64,000 nt of DNA from the NCBI GenBank assembly GCA_965240325.2, contig OZ251227.1, positions 3,410,001 to 3,474,000 of the forward strand, read 5' to 3'. The position numbers and the translations under genes are program-made. The notes beneath the pieces are model-generated. The model did not search any database. It was given only the letters and a program-made list of their open reading frames with translations, and had not been told where the DNA came from. This document shows, in pieces, positions 59,441 through 64,000 of this stretch (positions are counted from its first letter, which is position 1; every line of letters begins with the position of its first letter). Origin of the DNA: Rebecca billardiae RCC1528. Its lineage: Eukaryota; Protista; Haptophyta.

Positions 59441-60526
59441 TCAGTCGTCGTCGTCCGAGTCGGCCCCGCCTCGCAGCAGCGCGTCGAGCGGGTCGCCCGC
59501 CGCCGCGCGCAGCCGCCGCGCCGCCGCCGCTGCCGAGAGCCCGGGCGCCTGCCGCCGCAGCAGCGCCAGCGCGCGCGGCTCGAGGTCCGAGTCGTCGGGC
59601 GGCGCCGCGCCGAGCACGCGCAGCGGCACGCGCGGCGGCGGCGCGGCGGCGGCGGCGCGCGCGGCGAGGCGCGCCGCCTCTGCGCGCACCACCTCGCCCG
59701 CCCCCGCGCCGCGCAGCACCCGCCCGGCGCACACCGCGCGCAGCCGCGCGCGCGGCACGTGCGTGAGCTCGCTGAGCGCGCCGAGCAGCACGCCGCCGTC
59801 GAGGCCGGCGACGAGGAGCTCGGCGTCGAGCGGCGCGCCGGGCGGGGGCGGGCGGATGGTCACGCGCACCGCCGCCGGCGCCGCCGCCTCCTCGCCGCCC
59901 TCCGCGCCGCGCGCCGCCTCCGCCGCCGCGCGCGCGCCGAGCGCGCGCAGCTGCTCGAGCTGAGCGCCCGACGCGGACGCGGCGCACACGCGCGCGCCGC
60001 GCTCGGCGACGAGGGCGGCGAGCGCGGGGCGGCGCAGCGCGAGCGCGGCGCACGCGAGCCGGTAGTGCGGCTTGATCGCGCGCGGCGCGAGCACCGCCGC
60101 CGCCTGCGCGTCCGCGGCGGCGAGCTCGGGCTGGCCCCACGCGGCGTATGCGGCCGAGCGGTTGCACAGCAGCGCGACGCGCGGCGGCGCGGGCTCGCGC
60201 GGGAGCACGCGCAGGCCGGCGGAGAAGCACGCCGCGCCGCGCGCCGGCTCGCCCCGCGCGACGAGCGCGTTGCCCTCCGCCTTGTGCGCGAGCGCGAGCG
60301 CCGCGCGCGCCGCGCGCGCCGCCGCGGCCGCGCCGCCGCCGCCCGGCGGCGGCGGCGGAGGCGTCGGCGGCGGCGGCGCGGCGGCGCCCGCGGCGGGCGG
60401 CGGCGAGGCGGCGGCGGGCGCACCGTCCTCGTCGGGCGCGCCGCGCGCCGCGCCGCCGCCCGGACGCCGCGCCTCCGCCGCGGCGTCGCCGCGCCGGCCG
60501 GTGGTGACCACGTTGACCTTGGCCAT
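59441..60526 (-). CDS. TPR + ubiquitin-like + UBA-like protein
   Basis: KAEGNAL, LLCNRSAAY, KPHYRLACA (TPRs); LSELTHVPRARLRAVCAGRVL (Ubl); [22 protein letters not shown] (UBA-like). Confidence 0.7.
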   Translation of the reverse strand: MAKVNVVTTGRRGDAAAEARRPGGGAARGAPDEDGAPAAASPPPAAGAAAPPPPTPPPPPPGGGGAAAAARAARAALALAHKAEGNALVARGEPARGAACFSAGLRVLPREPAPPRVALLCNRSAAYAAWGQPELAAADAQAAAVLAPRAIKPHYRLACAALALRRPALAALVAERGARVCAASASGAQLEQLRALGARAAAEAARGAEGGEEAAAPAAVRVTIRPPPPGAPLDAELLVAGLDGGVLLGALSELTHVPRARLRAVCAGRVLRGAGAGEVVRAEAARLAARAAAAAPPPRVPLRVLGAAPPDDSDLEPRALALLRRQAPGLSAAAAARRLRAAAGDPLDALLRGGADSDDDD

Positions 60527-61454
60527 CGCGTCGTGGTGCGGTACCTGTGGCCGGCCGGCGGCGACGGTTGATGCATGGGACTTTGGCGCACGATGGACGG
60601 ACGGGGCACGAGGTCATGCGGTACGGTACTGTCGGTACGGCATCGGACCAGCTTCGAGCGTTCGCGGCTGCACCGACGGTGCACCCGGAGCCGCTCGCGC
60701 CGCGCGACCGCGGTGGCGCGCAACGCGCAGGGCGGTGTGCAGCGCCGGCCGAGTGTCGCGCTTGGCGGCGCGTCGCCGGCCAGCCCGTCGCGGCCACGTC
60801 AGCCCGCCGCGCATCGGCCCAGCTGCCCCAGCCCCCACGCCCCCATCTCACACCTCGGCCGACCTACAACGAGAGACCCCCGCAGCCCCCGTACTGCCCG
60901 CGCCGTCGCTGTAGACCCCACGGCCGACCGCACCCACTGACGGAATGACGGATCACGGAACGCCGCTGGGTGCGCGCGACGCGTCTCACGTCAACAGTCG
61001 ACAGTCGACAGTCGACACTGTCGAGACGAGCGCACTGCAGCGCGATCTGCGCGGGTCGGCGGTGGCGCCAGCAGTCGCGCAGGCACCGCCCTCTCCCAGC
61101 GCGCAGGTCGCTCTCTCGTGGCGCCTCGCTCGGCGAGCTCGGGTGCCGCGCGCGCGCCGCCGAGGGGAGCCCACTCTCCGCACGGGCTAGTGCACTCGTT
61201 CGCGGTGCAGACAGGCGCGCGTCCGCACCCGCAGCGTCGGGTGGGGCGGCCGTGCGCCAGGAGCTACGTACGTAGGGCGCCGCAGCCGCCTCAGCGCCTC
61301 CTGCTGCTAGCGAGCGCGCGCGTGCCGGTCGCCCCGGTGCGCGGTTGCGTGCTCGTACCCGCATCGGATCAAGTTAGATTCACGACTCATACAGTACTGT
61401 ACAGTCGTACATTCGTATTCGAAGCAACCACTCAGAAACAGAATATATATATAT

Positions 61455-63224
61455 GTCTAGCCGTCCTCGTGAACGCCGACGCCAACTGCTGGCCGAAGGT
61501 GGGCACGCCGCCTGGCATGTCGATGCCGAGGCGGCTGCGTGTGTTCCTACTCAGTGGGATTTACGTGTCCTCATGCCTTGGCGAGCGGCAGCAGATGCGG
61601 TGGGCGTCCTCATGCCTTGGCGAGCGGCAGCAGATGCGGTGGGCATGCCGCTCGCCGTCGACGAGACGCGGTGCGTGAGTGATCCCGCGCGGACGTCCGC
61701 TGACGGAAGGCTGAGCGCCTGCGGACTCGTCGACTGAACCTCCACCTGACCGCCCGGGAGCAGCACTGCTGGGGACCTAACCTGAAAAACCCAATCGTGT
61801 TGGGAGGCAGGGGGTCACATGAGCCCTAAGTGCAGCGCCGCAGGACCGGGCGGTCGGACGGCGGGTGTTGTGGTCCCGCCGCCCGAGCACCAGACCAACG
61901 GGCCCTGGGTGGGCGGGTTGCCGAAAGATGTTGGTCGGTGCACGCGACGCGCCACCCGCGTGCGAGCCGCCGCCGCCGGCGACGCAGGGCCACGAGCCCG
62001 GCTGCAGCCATCTCGCGCGCCCGCGCCTGGCGAAGCAGCCAGGGGGCGCCGGAAACAGCAGATCTCCGCGGCGACAAACCCGGACAGACTGTTTGTCCGG
62101 GAGCAGCGCTTTGAGGCGATGGTCTGGTAGAGGGCGATGTGGCTGATGAGCGGCGCTGGCGCCCGGCGTTCTTGTCGTCCTCTTAGACAATCAGTTATTG
62201 TACCAATAACCCCACGTCTAGCCGTCCTCGTGAACGCCGACGCCAACTGCTGGCCGAAGGTGGGCACGCCGCCTGGCATGTCGATGCCGAGGCGGCTGCG
62301 TGTGTTCCTACTCAGTGGGATTTACGTGTCCTCATGCCTTGGCGAGCGGCAGCAGATGCGGTGGGCATGCCGCTCGCCGTCGACGAGACGCGGTGCGTGA
62401 GTGATCCCGTTTCATGGTGTGTTGGGGAGCACCGCGTGGAGGAGAAATCCCATTGAGTGATGGGAAGGAAAGGGGCAAGGCACGTGTGAGTCGCGCACGC
62501 ACGAGGGCCGGCCAGCGGGGGCTGGGCAGGTGGGGCAGTGCGAGTGAGATGGAACCCGAAGAGGAGAGATAGCAGGCAGCCCGCCCCGCGGGCGCGGCGC
62601 TGCGGAAGCAGGAGAAGGCTAGACGGCCTTTGCGGATGCTGTGAATGGCCCGCGGGTGCGCACGGGGCCCGGCGCGCGGTGTGCCGCCAGCGGTCCTTGT
62701 GTAGGAGCCGGCTGGCGTTGGCACCGGGGCGATCCCGAGGCAGGGCGGGAGAGATGGAGCAGCGATCCGCGTGGGGGCGCACCCACGGAGGAGGAGGCAT
62801 GTGGCGAAGAGGGAACGGTGGCGATCGGGGGTGCGGAAGAGACAAAGTGCGCACGCACGCAGAGAGAGAAGAGGCGGTGGCCCGAAGCGCGAGGGGGCGC
62901 GATGCGGAGCGTTGCTTACCGCTGAGTTGCCGAAAGATGTTGGTCGGTGCACGCGACGCGCCACCCGCGTGCGAGCCGCCGCCGCCGGCGACGCAGGGCC
63001 ACGAGCCCGGCTGCAGCCATCTCGCGCGCCCGCGCCTGGCGAAGCAGCCAGGGGGCGCCGGAAACAGCAGATCTCCGCGGCGACAAACCCGGACAGACTG
63101 TTTGTCCGGGAGCAGCGCTTTGAGGCGATGGTCTGGTAGAGGGCGATGTGGCTGATGAGCGGCGCTGGCGCCCGGCGTTCTTGTCGTCCTCTTAGACAAT
63201 CAGTTATTGTACCAATAACCCCAC
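61455..63224. mobile_element. Non-autonomous element with split direct repeats A1-x-B1A2-y-B2 (PAT/Ngaro/TOC1-like, DIRS order)
   Basis: A1 61455-61687 (with an internal 39-bp duplication) = A2 62216-62409. B1 61917-62215 = B2 62926-63224. B1 and A2 abut. Inserted in an AT tract. Confidence 0.7.
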
Positions 63225-63668
63225 ATATTCACGTCTGTTCGGCCGTCTGATGAGTGATGACTGTCTTGATTCAACAAGAGGTACCCCTTGATTGCGCGCG
63301 GCGAATGCCGGATGATTCATGATTCATAATCATACGCACGAATTACGCGTATCTAGTAGTAGCCGATTATTCGAGATTGGGGCGCGCGGGGGAGTCCTTT
63401 CCGTGCCTGTGTCTTTAAATCATAGAATTAGTCCTTTCCGATGGGCAAGATTGATGACTCCATCGACCACTGCTCACCAAGCCGGAACTTGAGCCAATCC
63501 GAGGCGTCCGCGAGCACTTTACAAGTGACTCCGAAGGTACTAGTATCGGACAGGTATCTCCGCACGCGCGCCAAAAGCGCCTGGACCGTCACGGGCCGCT
63601 CCGCAAACGCGCTCGCCCTGCGTGCCGCCCCGCGCTCGCTCCTGCAGCCTCGCGCCCCCGCACACACC

Positions 63669-64000
63669 ATGGCGCCGTGCGCCCACCTGCCGCTGCGCAT
63701 GGCGACGTTGGGCGTCTCGCCCGCCGTCGTCCCCGCCGCCGACGCCGCCGCCGCCGACGCCGCGCCCGACCTCGAGCGCGCCGCCGCGGCCGCGAGCGGC
63801 GCCGACGAGAGCGCGGACGGCGGCGACGGCGGCGAGGCGGCGCCGGCTGCGGCGCCGGCGCCGGACGAGGCGGCGGACGTGGCGCTGTACCCGCGGCTGC
63901 ACCGGCTCACCTGCGTCTTCCGCGACCCCGCCACCGAGGCCGCGTACGTCGAGCAGTGCCTCCGGCCGCAGCTCGAGCTCGCGATCTGGCGCATGGGCCT
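63669..64000 (+). CDS. 5' part of a gene running off the window (possibly a membrane signalling protein)
   Basis: ATG at 63669, frame open to the end: ...LYPRLHRLTCVFRDPATEAAYVEQCLRPQLELAIWRMG. Confidence 0.55.
   Translation, partial: MAPCAHLPLRMATLGVSPAVVPAADAAAADAAPDLERAAAAASGADESADGGDGGEAAPAAAPAPDEAADVALYPRLHRLTCVFRDPATEAAYVEQCLRPQLELAIWRMG

Overview
Very GC-rich, gene-dense eukaryotic DNA with short GC-rich spliceosomal introns and AT-rich/(TA)n islands between genes. Composition and gene style suggest a haptophyte alga such as Pavlovales (inference only). About 19 protein genes can be supported: SRCR protein, arylamine N-acetyltransferase, GT90/CAP10 glycosyltransferase, glutaredoxin-like+DUF2237 fusion, beta-helix+C2 membrane protein, CLC channel, Med28-like, dienelactone hydrolase, RRM+AlkB-like, a frameshifted F-box/RCC1 gene, TRAPPC9-like, ATP synthase OSCP, a Qc-SNARE, a TPR-Ubl-UBA protein and several hypotheticals. 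Highlights: (1) a predicted single-chain receptor: signal peptide, F-type-lectin-like ectodomain, TM, CHAT caspase-like protease, STAND/NB-ARC NTPase (19260-23455); (2) a modular mobile structure U-I-U (780+4000+780 bp) whose four junctions are all the same GGGAC core flanked by module-specific inverted arms, carrying a DD47E IS630/Tc1-type transposase and a 5x417-bp array (23666-29245); (3) 5'-truncated restriction-endonuclease-type non-LTR retrotransposon copies that all end in (TA)n/AT-rich tracts, within a TE hot spot (42750-49050); (4) a split-direct-repeat non-autonomous element (61455-63224); (5) an apparently catalytically dead ALKBH5/9-like domain fused to an RRM. All calls come from reading motifs by eye; no database searches were run.
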